DNA from: Christensenellaceae bacterium | GTDB taxonomy: Bacteria; Bacillota; Clostridia; Christensenellales; CAG-138 | NCBI GenBank assembly: GCA_963667795.1 | Contig: OY764017.1 | Coordinates: 1,460,079 to 1,524,078, forward strand | DNA length: 64,000 bases | Direction: 5' to 3' | Part shown: one piece after another, positions 46,459-55,547 of the stretch | How the letters are laid out: every line of letters begins with the position of its first letter | Numbering within the stretch: the stretch's first letter is position 1 | Program-made: the position numbers and the translations under genes | Notes under the pieces: model-generated | What the model was told of the DNA's origin: nothing | The model's database searches: none | What the model saw: only the letters and a program-made list of their open reading frames with translations

Positions 46459-47658
46459 TCATCTTTCGAGATTCTCTCTTTTTTTATTCTTTTTATGTTC
46501 CGATCCCTTCGGTTTACTTGCTTGGGGCTCTAAAGTTGCTATTTTATCCAGATGTGCGTTCAATGAGTTGATGGCTTCGTCCTCTTTAAATTTCGTCAGG
46601 TGGGTATAGACCGCAAGCGTCATCTCAATGTCTGAATGACCCAAAAAACGCTGAGCGGACTTTATATCAACACCGGCCTCATATAACATGGATGCGTAAG
46701 TGTGACGGAGCATATGCGCTGTGATGTTGTCAATCGCCTGTATCTTTTCACGGGAGCGGGAGGCATCCTTACCTCCCGCTTTCAGATTCAGGTAATGGCG
46801 GTAGCTGTTCCAAGCCCGTCGATACGCGGTATCGGACATCATTTGCCCCTTAGCATCAGGACAAACCAAAGGATTATGATGGGGCAGTTCGCGAAGAACA
46901 TCCACCAAAAAATTGGGGATGGGGACCTCTCGTGTTCCCGCTTTTGATTTTGGCTTTTTAACATGGGGTTGATTCTTGATCATGGTTATGGATTTATTCA
47001 CTAAGAGCGCTTTCCTATCAAGGTTGATATCCTTCCAAGTGAGAGCCAGCAACTCCCCGCGACGCAATCCGCAATACATCATGATCATGACGGCATGCCC
47101 CATACGATGCCCGCGCCATGTACGGTTGACCAACTCTTTTTCCTCTTCCGTCAAAGCCCGCCGCTCATGCGGTTCGATGGTCGGAACCTTGACGTTGGCA
47201 AAAACATTGCGCATAATCAGGTCATTTTCCACGCCAACATTCAATATCCGTACTGCGGTTTGCTTGGCTTTTTTCATCGTGCTGGTGGAAAGGCTGTCCT
47301 TGGCCATTTTGTTAATAATGCTCTGGAGATGATAGGGCTTTAAGTCTTTCAGCTTCATGTATTTCAGCGTCGGAAGCAGGTGTTTGTTGATCACACCTTT
47401 CTGCCGGTATATCCATTTTTCATTTGCGGTAGGGTTATATTGCGTCAGCCAGATTTCAGCCATTTCTCCGAAGGTAGTTTTATTTTCAGGAACGTAGATA
47501 CCTTGGTAAACTTGCTGTGTAATCTCCGCGACCTTCAACTCAAGTTCTTTTTTTGTTTTTCCATAAATAGTTTTTCGAAGATAAGCACCATTCTCTTTTC
47601 TTCCGACAATAATGTTCTTTTGATAAAGCCCATTCGACCGTCGTTTGTTTTTAGCCAC
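46459..47658 (-). CDS. int: tyrosine-type site-specific integrase
   Basis: 399 aa. Catalytic contexts GLRRGE (Arg), HMLRHTYAS (HxxR) and LAVYTH (Tyr), with an N-terminal SAM-like/arm-binding region. Confidence 0.93.
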   Translation of the reverse strand: MAKNKRRSNGLYQKNIIVGRKENGAYLRKTIYGKTKKELELKVAEITQQVYQGIYVPENKTTFGEMAEIWLTQYNPTANEKWIYRQKGVINKHLLPTLKYMKLKDLKPYHLQSIINKMAKDSLSTSTMKKAKQTAVRILNVGVENDLIMRNVFANVKVPTIEPHERRALTEEEKELVNRTWRGHRMGHAVMIMMYCGLRRGELLALTWKDINLDRKALLVNKSITMIKNQPHVKKPKSKAGTREVPIPNFLVDVLRELPHHNPLVCPDAKGQMMSDTAYRRAWNSYRHYLNLKAGGKDASRSREKIQAIDNITAHMLRHTYASMLYEAGVDIKSAQRFLGHSDIEMTLAVYTHLTKFKEDEAINSLNAHLDKIATLEPQASKPKGSEHKKNKKRENLER

Positions 47659-47869
47659 GATATGCCTCCTCGGTGTGCTCGCATTTCTCCAACCAATCCA
47701 GAAACTTATCCTTGTTCACGACTCGCCGTTTTCCAATCACAATGACCGGCAGGGATTTGGCATGTAGTATGTTGTAAGCAAATGCCCGCGATATACCAAG
47801 CATATTCATAATGTCATTGGCGTTGAGCATAATGGGAAGCTCTTCAATATTTTTGTATGTGGCTTTCAT
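47651..47869 (-). CDS. xis: excisionase-family helix-turn-helix DNA-binding protein
   Basis: 72 aa. LNANDIMNMLGISRAFAYNIL HTH; overlaps int by 8 nt; GGAGG RBS. Confidence 0.8.
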   Translation of the reverse strand: MKATYKNIEELPIMLNANDIMNMLGISRAFAYNILHAKSLPVIVIGKRRVVNKDKFLDWLEKCEHTEEAYRG

Positions 47870-47949
47870 GATCTGCCCTCCTTTTTCAGTGTAAATATGA
47901 TGACGGTATAATACAAAGGTGTGGATTGATTAATACATAACGAATCACA

Positions 47950-48300
47950 AATATCAGGCAAGGGTGCGCGGCCATTCGTCGGTACGTTTGCACCACTGGG
48001 CGCACCCTTGCCTGAACCTCCGATTTGGTTCTATATGTTCTTGGAGCTTGTCCGGCGAACGGCGGCTAACCGCTCCATAGGAATCACACCTCCCCGTCAA
48101 CGACCGGGGCGCACCTTGGGACCTAACCTCAGCTATGCGCAAGTATCATTGTTTCCTCCGCATGTATCATCGCCGTAAATGCTGCCGGCATTTACTCATT
48201 GCATAGGTATCCTCGCTCGCGCCTTCAGGTGGTCATGGCGTACCTGCAATCTGGCTTTCCCTCCCCGGGACATGTGGGGAACGTACCGATTTTGCTCCTA
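47950..48300. ncRNA. GC-rich, ORF-free, highly structured region (candidate ncRNA or DNA recognition structure; class unknown)
   Basis: - Perfect 15-bp inverted repeat: 47955-47969 / 48000-48014.
- 8-bp hairpin: 48175-48195.
- 10-nt long-range complement: 47979-47988 / 48280-48289.
- No credible ORF on either strand. Confidence 0.4.
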
Positions 48301-48400
48301 TGAAATTGTCAAGGTTCCGTTCACAAGGGGGGGATAGTTATATCCCTCTAATAATCAGGACATTTTTTACCAAAAAACGGGACTGTTTTGTGCAAATCTA

Positions 48401-48820
48401 TTACGGATGTTTTAAGAACATCACCATTCGTTGTAATCCTGTTCTAATTGACTTGCGCACTGAGCTTTCATCAACTTTCTCCAGCTTTGCTATGGCTCGC
48501 TTACTCAAGCCAAGAAAGTAATGGGCATAGATGCGTTTAGCTTGTTTGTCAGATAGGCGGTTCAGTGCTGAGTACAACTCCTGATTTGTGAGCTTTCGCT
48601 CATAAATTTCCGGAGGAGTCAGGACGACAAATATGATGTTGTTTTCAATTCCGTCATTTCGGTCGAGGGAATAATATGCCTTATGCCTATTTATACGTTT
48701 CTGATAGGCTTTATCACGACGTTCAAAAGCTTTCAGAGCTGCTGCGATGATATCTTCAACTTCGATAAAATGATCATGAGTATAAATAGGGTAGTAGTCC
48801 CTTAAATTGATTTTTATCAT
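48401..48820 (-). CDS. sigma-70 region-4-type regulator (Tn916 Orf7-like)
   Basis: ATG 48820 (MIKINLRDYY) has a GGAGG RBS. The C-terminal LSDKQAKRIYAHYFLGLSKRAIAKLEKVDESSVRKSI is a sigma r4 HTH. Confidence 0.75.
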   Translation of the reverse strand: MIKINLRDYYPIYTHDHFIEVEDIIAAALKAFERRDKAYQKRINRHKAYYSLDRNDGIENNIIFVVLTPPEIYERKLTNQELYSALNRLSDKQAKRIYAHYFLGLSKRAIAKLEKVDESSVRKSIRTGLQRMVMFLKHP

Positions 48821-49248
48821 TTGGAAACCTCCGTCTTTGATTTTTTTGAAGAACCAAAAAAGGAGGGGAGGAGAACGGATTTTGACAGATCCACTTTTTT
48901 TGCGATAAAAAAGGCCCGACTGGGTATAATCCAATTGGGCCCTGATAAAAACATTTCCTGTTATATAATGTATATGGGTACATAAACAGCCATAATCATG
49001 CGATACGTACTGATAATTTTGTCTTAATGGATTACTGGTTAAAGCATTACATAAGATGATGTCCGCTTCATCACGCCGTGCCGCTATTCAGTAGCGGCTG
49101 ATGACTTTTTACGGCACGAAAGATGCACATAAATACCCTCCAACCTCGTTAAGCTCGGAGGGCTATATTCATAATTAAGGTACAAGAAAAAGGCTCGCCA
49201 AACTCGCGTTTTTTTTATTTAGTGAGCGGGGATTATATATTAATCATC

Positions 49249-49632
49249 TTACTTCGTAATCGTTTCAATCTTCTCGAGGGTCTGTGCGCTAATAATATGC
49301 TCCATTGAACAGGCGTCTATTTCTGAACTCTTGCTGTCTACGCCCAAGACTTCGGTTAAGAATCTTTTGATAAGCAAATTACGGTTTTGTATATCGATCG
49401 CTTGTTCTTTGCCGGATTCCGTCAGCCGAATTGAACCGTAGTTCTCTTTTTGCACCAAACCGAAAGCCGCCAGTTTTTTTACAGTTCGTGATACAGTGGC
49501 TTTTGAAACACCAAGTCTTTTTGCAATATCCGTGACTCTTGCCTCGCCCTTGTTTTCACGAAGCTTCAGTATTATTTTTAAATAGTTTTCCAAAACAGGA
49601 GTCAGTGTCATTTTAACCGCCGCACCCTTCAT
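49249..49632 (-). CDS. DtxR/MntR-family metal-dependent repressor (short form)
   Basis: 127 aa. HTH (VTDIAKRLGVSKATVSRTVKKL) and metal-site-like EIDACSMEH. Its ATG overlaps the upstream stop (ATGA). Confidence 0.8.
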   Translation of the reverse strand: MKGAAVKMTLTPVLENYLKIILKLRENKGEARVTDIAKRLGVSKATVSRTVKKLAAFGLVQKENYGSIRLTESGKEQAIDIQNRNLLIKRFLTEVLGVDSKSSEIDACSMEHIISAQTLEKIETITK

Positions 49633-50243
49633 TGGTTCAAGGTAAACAACGCCATATAATTCGTCCCCAGATCGACATGATGAGTCTTTATAAAACCAGG
49701 GGCTTCAAGTTTCTTTTCAAGCTCCTCCGGAGATATCCGCATATGCAGGGGAGGGCCGAACGGGCTGTCGTCTTTTTTACACTCGATAACGGCCAGCTTT
49801 CCACCCGGCTTTAAGACCCGTTTGATTTCAGCATACAGTTTCGTTTTTTCATAAGCATCATTCAACGTGTGAAGCACGGTTGCAGCCAGACAGACATCAA
49901 TACAGTTATCCGTAATATCAATTCCCAGGCGAATATCCGAAACCACCGGATGAATGTTCTTCAGCCCGCGGGCAGCGCCTTCCTCGCATATTTTATTCAG
50001 CATGTCCGGCCAAAGGTCTAATGCGTATATGCTCCCCGAATCACCCACTATTTCTGCGGCGCGGAGTGAATAGTCTCCCGCGCCACATCCCAAGTCCAAA
50101 AAGGCATCTCCCTTTTTCAAAGCAAGTATCCCAAAAACCATTGCCGAATCATGCATATGAAAGCTGCTTGGCCCGCGCCTATGATGGTCCTTCCGATGGC
50201 AATGATGTCGCTGTCCGCCCCGGCAATGATAATCCCTGTTCAT
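49629..50243 (-). CDS. class I SAM-dependent methyltransferase with a His/Cys/Arg-rich N-terminal tract
   Basis: 204 aa. SAM motif I FLDLGCGAGDYS. The first ~35 aa are MNRDYHCRGGQRHHCHRKDHHRRGPSSFHMH. Confidence 0.8.
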   Translation of the reverse strand: MNRDYHCRGGQRHHCHRKDHHRRGPSSFHMHDSAMVFGILALKKGDAFLDLGCGAGDYSLRAAEIVGDSGSIYALDLWPDMLNKICEEGAARGLKNIHPVVSDIRLGIDITDNCIDVCLAATVLHTLNDAYEKTKLYAEIKRVLKPGGKLAVIECKKDDSPFGPPLHMRISPEELEKKLEAPGFIKTHHVDLGTNYMALFTLNQ

Positions 50244-50258
50244 ACAAGTTTCCTCCTT

Positions 50259-53200
50259 TTAAAGGTAGTACATAAACGATTCCACTTTAATGAGATCGTT
50301 CTCATTCTTATTTCCGTCAAAGGTCAGATTTAATACAGGCTTCGTATTTTCGTCTTCAAAGCCTTTCTGCAGCATCCCCAGCACGATTCCCGTGTTCTCG
50401 TAAATAGAGGCCGCTGTAATAATGCCATCAAGCCTGCGGGATTTGCATAGCTGTTTGGCCTGCCTGTATCTTCCGTGTGCGCCGGAAAAATAGCCAAGCG
50501 TTCCGTCTGCTCTTTGTATCAGTTCATCCGGCTCCGTTTCAAATGGGGTCCAGCCGGACAGCGCGTTGGATATGGCTAGCATATTGTTTTTATGCTCCGC
50601 AAGCCTTTGCGCCATGAGCGGCGACAGGTCGCTCTTGTTTTGATCGGCATAATCCTTCCACATCATCCACATGGCTTCGCCCAAAGGGCTGTATACGACC
50701 CGGTGTCCTTTGCTTTCAAGCTCCCTGAACGTATAGTTGTTAAGCAACTCGTCAAACAGAATGTTGACTTCGCCAACCGCCAGAATCGTTTTATCGAATC
50801 TTTTTTCATCCAGCTCTTTTGACACGACCTGTGCTATCTGCTTTATGCGCTCCAAACCAAGATGATCTTTCCCTATCAGGTCAACAAATGTACGCAAATG
50901 CTTTTCCCTTGATTCTCGGGGCGCGTTCCAGACAACATCTCCGGCAAGCAGCCCCAAGCTGATTTCACGGAAGGTTTTTTCGTCTTCGCAGAGCACATCC
51001 TCTAAGAAGGGCGACACCACATCCACGCCTTCAAAGCCCTCCTCATCCAGCTTTGTCCGAAGCATCCGGCCGTACTGCCCGTTCGTTTCCGCTCCTTCGT
51101 TCTGGGGAATCAGGAGGGTTGTATGATCCGCCTGCGACCTGCCAAGTTTATTCAGCATCGTAAATACATTCCCCAGCAAGGCCGTAAGAGAAAAGTACTC
51201 TTCCGTGATCGTGAACTTGCGGCCAGCTTCTATGGAAGTCCGGCTTGAAGCGGGCAGCGCTTTTGCGTTGATTCCTTTGCGCAGCAGGATTTCTTTAAAT
51301 ATCTCGGAATACGGATACAAGTATGGTAAATATACGGTTTTCTTACCATCAATATCACTTAGGCGGCTCTTTATATTCGTTTTCCTGTGCGTCATACTGT
51401 CGATATACGTTTTTATATCGGCGGCCTTCTTGGTCTTGATGTTTTTCAGGCTGTTGATAAAGGCCTCCACACGGGTAATGATGCCGACGCCGGAGGAATG
51501 TTCATCAATTTCAATGTGCAGATAGGGTTTGCCTCTCATTTCCTCCCTGAAGTAATGCGACAGAACAGAATCCGGGCCGCACCCATGATGGCTGAGGAAA
51601 ATTGCATACAGGTTGGGATGCCGGCGAATCAGCTGGGCAGGCTCTAAGATATGCTGTCCAAACGGCCAGAACATGTTGGGATGCTCCTTCGAAATATCCC
51701 CCTCCGGCAAATCGTAGAACGGCAGCACCTTATAACCCATATCCGCAAGCTTTTCCGGTATGCCCATATTCAGTACCGGGTCGGCAACGCCGTATATCTT
51801 CGAAATTATGACAAACGCGATTTCGTCAGGCTTTAACTGGCTCATGATTTTTTTGCTGTTTTGCGCCATTCGCTCTTCAAAGCGATCGGCCGCCTCCAAT
51901 CCCTTCTGCAGCGCTTTTTTCGTTTGTTCGGGCGATTTTCCAAGCTGTTCTCCAATTTCAAGGAAGCTTTTCATAATGGATTCCTGCCCCACATGAAAAG
52001 CCATAGTGGGCGACAGCAGAGCAATCCCTTTTTTATCAAGCTCCATGGCCCTGTTCATCACCTTGAAAGCAAGCTGCATGAAGGCGCAGCCATAGTTTTT
52101 TCGGCTCGCGGAACCCGGGTGGTCAACAGTGACCAGATCCGGGAAAAAGATATAATCCACCTTTTTCTCCATTAACTCGGCGACATGCCCGGTAATAAGC
52201 TTCATGGGGTAGCAGGTTTCATCCATCGCATACTGCTGACCCAGGGCAATTGTATTTTCGTCGGTTGGATCGGATAAAATCACATTCAAGCCCAGCTCTT
52301 TAAAAAACGCGTTGAACATGGAAAACATTCCGAAAGTAAACAAGGCTCTTGGAATTCCGACTGTTTTTTTCGAAGATGGCTCCGGCCTATAATCTTCAAA
52401 TACAAGCTTTTTGACATTGTCGCTGAAATCATCCTTGCACTTTTCTTTCTTATACTTGTTCAGCTGAGTCAAACTATCAACGGTAATATCAAAGCCCTTG
52501 AAAGCGCTCTGCTGCCCGGTCATTTCTTCTTTGGTAAAAAGAGCGGCTCCGTAAGCCCCCGTCACGCTGAAAAACGACGGGACGATGATTTCTTTACCCG
52601 TTACGGCCCTGAACGCGTTTATGACGCCCTGATTGTAGGCAAGCCCTCCCTGAAAGAAGATTTTGCTGCCGACCTTCTTCTGACCAACAACCCGGTCAAG
52701 GTAGTTATTGACGATCGAGTAACATAACCCGGATACGATGTCTTTAAGCTCTGTACCCCGGGACAGGCAGGCGGCAATACTTGTTTCAATGAACACGGTA
52801 CACCGCTCGCCCAGGCCGATTGGCTTGTAGCTTGAAAGGGCGATATCGCCAAACTCCTCAATGGGGATATTAAATTTCTTTGCCTGTTCTTCGATGAAGG
52901 AGCCGGTACCGGCCGCGCATATTTTGTTCATCTGGAAATCGACGACGGCGCCTTTTTCTATGCTGATGAATTTTGAATCCTGCCCGCCGATTTCAAAAAC
53001 GGTATCCACACTGCCGTCGATATGAACCGCCGCTTTTGCCTGCGCCGTGATTTCATCCTTGACAACGTCGGCCCCGATCATTCTGCCGATCATATGCCTG
53101 CCGGAGCCGGTTGTGCCAGCGCCGATGATCCTTATCTTTTTTCCGTACTCATTCTTTATTTCCCTGAACCCTCTCAGTACAGCATCAACAGGATTACCAA

Positions 53201-54251
53201 GCGTCCTGAGATATTTATAGGCAATGAGCTCTTCATTTTCATTCATTAATACAAGGTTCGTGCTGGTTGAACCAACATCGACGCCCAGATAACAGCCAAT
53301 CGTGCCGCTTTCTGCGGAAATGTCCTTGTATACATGCTTGCCAAGGCTGTCGTTTTGTCCGTACGAAAACAGTGGGGCCAGTTCAATTTCGTCCCCGTTG
53401 TTTGCCAGCCATTCTTCCGCCCGCTCAGTTAATGATAAAATCGTATTCATGTTGACAGGCCAGCGCTCTTTGTTTGCCATAACAGCCGCGCCCAAAGCGC
53501 CGACGCATCCCAAATGGCAGGGGAAAACAAGGTCTTCATCCGCCAGCTTCAAAACATTCTTCAGCGCGGTAATAATGCCTTCGTTGTGGGCGACGCCGCC
53601 GGAAAACAGGATCGGTTTAGCGACGGGAAGCTTTTTCATGACCGTTCCCTTGTAGTTGCGGACAAGCGCGTACGCCAGCCCCAGCAGTATATCCGGAGCC
53701 GGAACGCCTTCCTGCTGATGGTGCGTAATATCCGTTTTCGCAAACACGCTGCAGCGCCCCGCGATCCTCGGAATGGACTTCGCTTTTTTGATTAGCTCCG
53801 AATAATCCGTAAGCTTTAAATTCAGCCGGGACATCTGCTCCTCCAGAAAAGAGCCCGTCCCCGACGAACAATTTGAGTTCATTGAAATTTCAATGCGGGA
53901 CTTATCGCTGCCACCGAGTCCGGTGATATATCTTGCGCTTTCCCCGCCGATATCAATAATGGAGCCGATCTTCAGGTTTTCCGCGATCGCGCCTTCCACA
54001 ACGGCCGTTACGCCATTGATGGATTTGACGGCGTCGTCTGCGCTTAAGAATTTGCTTCCGCTTCCCGTTACGGCCCCGTACCCGATTTCCTGCGGATCAA
54101 ACGATGCCGATAGTTCCTTAAGAATGCTGGTCAGCGTATTTTTTATCCGGCCCTTATGCATTTGATAACGATTGAATCGGGTTTCATTCTTTTCGTCGAT
54201 CAGGATGACCTTCAACGATGAATAGCCGATGTCGATTCCGATGCTGTACAT
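50259..54251 (-). CDS. 1330-aa fusion: two BcrA/BadF/HgdC-type activase ATPase modules plus an HgdB/BcrC-like (DUF2229-type) dehydratase/reductase-component region
   Basis: - Two ASKHA starts: IGIDIGYSSLK and LGVDVGSTSTN.
- Each ASKHA module has cluster-Cys contexts: NCSSGTGSF/RCSVFA and ICAAGTGSF/RCTVFI.
- The C-terminal ~700 aa carry DETCYPMK and YLHIEIDEHSSG. Confidence 0.8.
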   Translation of the reverse strand: MYSIGIDIGYSSLKVILIDEKNETRFNRYQMHKGRIKNTLTSILKELSASFDPQEIGYGAVTGSGSKFLSADDAVKSINGVTAVVEGAIAENLKIGSIIDIGGESARYITGLGGSDKSRIEISMNSNCSSGTGSFLEEQMSRLNLKLTDYSELIKKAKSIPRIAGRCSVFAKTDITHHQQEGVPAPDILLGLAYALVRNYKGTVMKKLPVAKPILFSGGVAHNEGIITALKNVLKLADEDLVFPCHLGCVGALGAAVMANKERWPVNMNTILSLTERAEEWLANNGDEIELAPLFSYGQNDSLGKHVYKDISAESGTIGCYLGVDVGSTSTNLVLMNENEELIAYKYLRTLGNPVDAVLRGFREIKNEYGKKIRIIGAGTTGSGRHMIGRMIGADVVKDEITAQAKAAVHIDGSVDTVFEIGGQDSKFISIEKGAVVDFQMNKICAAGTGSFIEEQAKKFNIPIEEFGDIALSSYKPIGLGERCTVFIETSIAACLSRGTELKDIVSGLCYSIVNNYLDRVVGQKKVGSKIFFQGGLAYNQGVINAFRAVTGKEIIVPSFFSVTGAYGAALFTKEEMTGQQSAFKGFDITVDSLTQLNKYKKEKCKDDFSDNVKKLVFEDYRPEPSSKKTVGIPRALFTFGMFSMFNAFFKELGLNVILSDPTDENTIALGQQYAMDETCYPMKLITGHVAELMEKKVDYIFFPDLVTVDHPGSASRKNYGCAFMQLAFKVMNRAMELDKKGIALLSPTMAFHVGQESIMKSFLEIGEQLGKSPEQTKKALQKGLEAADRFEERMAQNSKKIMSQLKPDEIAFVIISKIYGVADPVLNMGIPEKLADMGYKVLPFYDLPEGDISKEHPNMFWPFGQHILEPAQLIRRHPNLYAIFLSHHGCGPDSVLSHYFREEMRGKPYLHIEIDEHSSGVGIITRVEAFINSLKNIKTKKAADIKTYIDSMTHRKTNIKSRLSDIDGKKTVYLPYLYPYSEIFKEILLRKGINAKALPASSRTSIEAGRKFTITEEYFSLTALLGNVFTMLNKLGRSQADHTTLLIPQNEGAETNGQYGRMLRTKLDEEGFEGVDVVSPFLEDVLCEDEKTFREISLGLLAGDVVWNAPRESREKHLRTFVDLIGKDHLGLERIKQIAQVVSKELDEKRFDKTILAVGEVNILFDELLNNYTFRELESKGHRVVYSPLGEAMWMMWKDYADQNKSDLSPLMAQRLAEHKNNMLAISNALSGWTPFETEPDELIQRADGTLGYFSGAHGRYRQAKQLCKSRRLDGIITAASIYENTGIVLGMLQKGFEDENTKPVLNLTFDGNKNENDLIKVESFMYYL

Positions 54252-54273
54252 TTATTTTCCTCCAAGTGATTAT

Positions 54274-54717
54274 TTATTTTTTGTATGTGCATTTTTTACA
54301 TATTCCGAAAAACTGTACCCGGTGGTCCTTTACGGTAAACCCCATTTCCGATAACAGCTTTTTTTCAAAGAGCTCCAGCATATCCTCTTCCACATCGATC
54401 ACGTCACCGCAAACCTCACAGACCAGATGATGGTGCTGATGCTTTTCCTGTGAGCCCAGTATTTGAAACCGCATGCAGCCGTCATCCAGCATAATGTGAT
54501 GAACAAGCCCGAGCTTTTCAAACAGCTGCAGGTTGCGGTATACCGTCGCAAGCCCAATTCGGGGATAAGCCTTTTTGACCTCGTCGTATATTTCTTCCGT
54601 GCATAAATGCTTATCCTTCTCATCCTGAATGATTTCAAGTATTGCCTGTCGCTGTGCCGTCAGCTTATATCCGCCTGAATGGAGCATGCTCTCAAAATCA
54701 GCCGTATTCATATTCAT
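54274..54717 (-). CDS. Fur-family metalloregulator (copy 1)
   Basis: HQHHHLVCEVCG and CKKC motifs with a winged-helix N-domain. ATG 54717 lies 8 nt after GGAGG; the ORF track extends to 54774. Confidence 0.85.
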   Translation of the reverse strand: MNMNTADFESMLHSGGYKLTAQRQAILEIIQDEKDKHLCTEEIYDEVKKAYPRIGLATVYRNLQLFEKLGLVHHIMLDDGCMRFQILGSQEKHQHHHLVCEVCGDVIDVEEDMLELFEKKLLSEMGFTVKDHRVQFFGICKKCTYKK

Positions 54718-54760
54718 AAGCATGACCTCCCCATCAATACTGTTGAACCATCTGTAAAAG

Positions 54761-54779
54761 AAAATGATTATCATTTACT
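54761..54779. promoter_or_regulatory. Fur-box-like palindrome in the divergent fur/crp promoter region
   Basis: AAAATGATTATCATTTAC contains the AATGATTATCATT core. It overlaps the -35 (TTACTT) of a plus-strand promoter whose TATAAT is at 54797-54802. Confidence 0.5.
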
Positions 54780-54848
54780 TTTCAATGGTATTCTAGTATA
54801 ATCAAAGCAAAAATAGAGTATCGCCAGATACTTTTTCAGGAAGTTTTT

Positions 54849-55541
54849 TTGATGGATAAGATAAAGTATAGATTATCAATATTGCAAAAATGCGCTTTAT
54901 TCAAAGATAAATGCACAGATGAAATAGAAGCCCTGCTATCCAACATCAATTTGAGGATAAGCAGTATAACTGAAAATGAAGTCATATTTTCGCCCCTGGA
55001 AGATGCCGATAAAATGGGGATTATACTATCGGGCACTGTGGACGTACAAAAGCTTTTCCCCAAAGGCAAGGTTGTGATGATAGAAAGAAAGAAAACCGCC
55101 GACATGATCGCCGAATCATCGATATTTACCAAGCTGGGTTACTATTCCGATACTTTTGTTGCCTCCAAGCCGTGTGAGGTGCTGCTGCTAACAAAAAAAG
55201 AGCTGCTCAAACTATTCAAGCTTAACAACACAATATTGCTGAATTATCTGGAGCATGTCTCCAATTCGACACTCATACTGAAAAACAAAATTGGAATCCT
55301 GTCGCTGGATTCCATCCGGGAGAAAATATGCGGATATTTAATTCATGATTATAAGATGAACGGTTCTGCTGCCATTACGCTTCCGTTTTCCAAGAAGGAG
55401 TGGGCGGAGTACATGGATGTTTCAAGGACATCGCTGTCCCGTGAGCTAAGGGGCCTTAAGGAGGACGGGATATTGTCTTTCGATAAACGGACAATTGAAA
55501 TCAGGGATATGGACAGGCTGGAGAAGGCGCTTTCATTATAG
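54849..55541 (+). CDS. Crp/Fnr-family transcriptional regulator (copy 1)
   Basis: 230 aa. cNMP-binding-like beta-barrel plus C-terminal HTH (EWAEYMDVSRTSLSRELRGLKEDGIL). Confidence 0.85.
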   Translation: MMDKIKYRLSILQKCALFKDKCTDEIEALLSNINLRISSITENEVIFSPLEDADKMGIILSGTVDVQKLFPKGKVVMIERKKTADMIAESSIFTKLGYYSDTFVASKPCEVLLLTKKELLKLFKLNNTILLNYLEHVSNSTLILKNKIGILSLDSIREKICGYLIHDYKMNGSAAITLPFSKKEWAEYMDVSRTSLSRELRGLKEDGILSFDKRTIEIRDMDRLEKALSL

Positions 55542-55547
55542 CTGATG

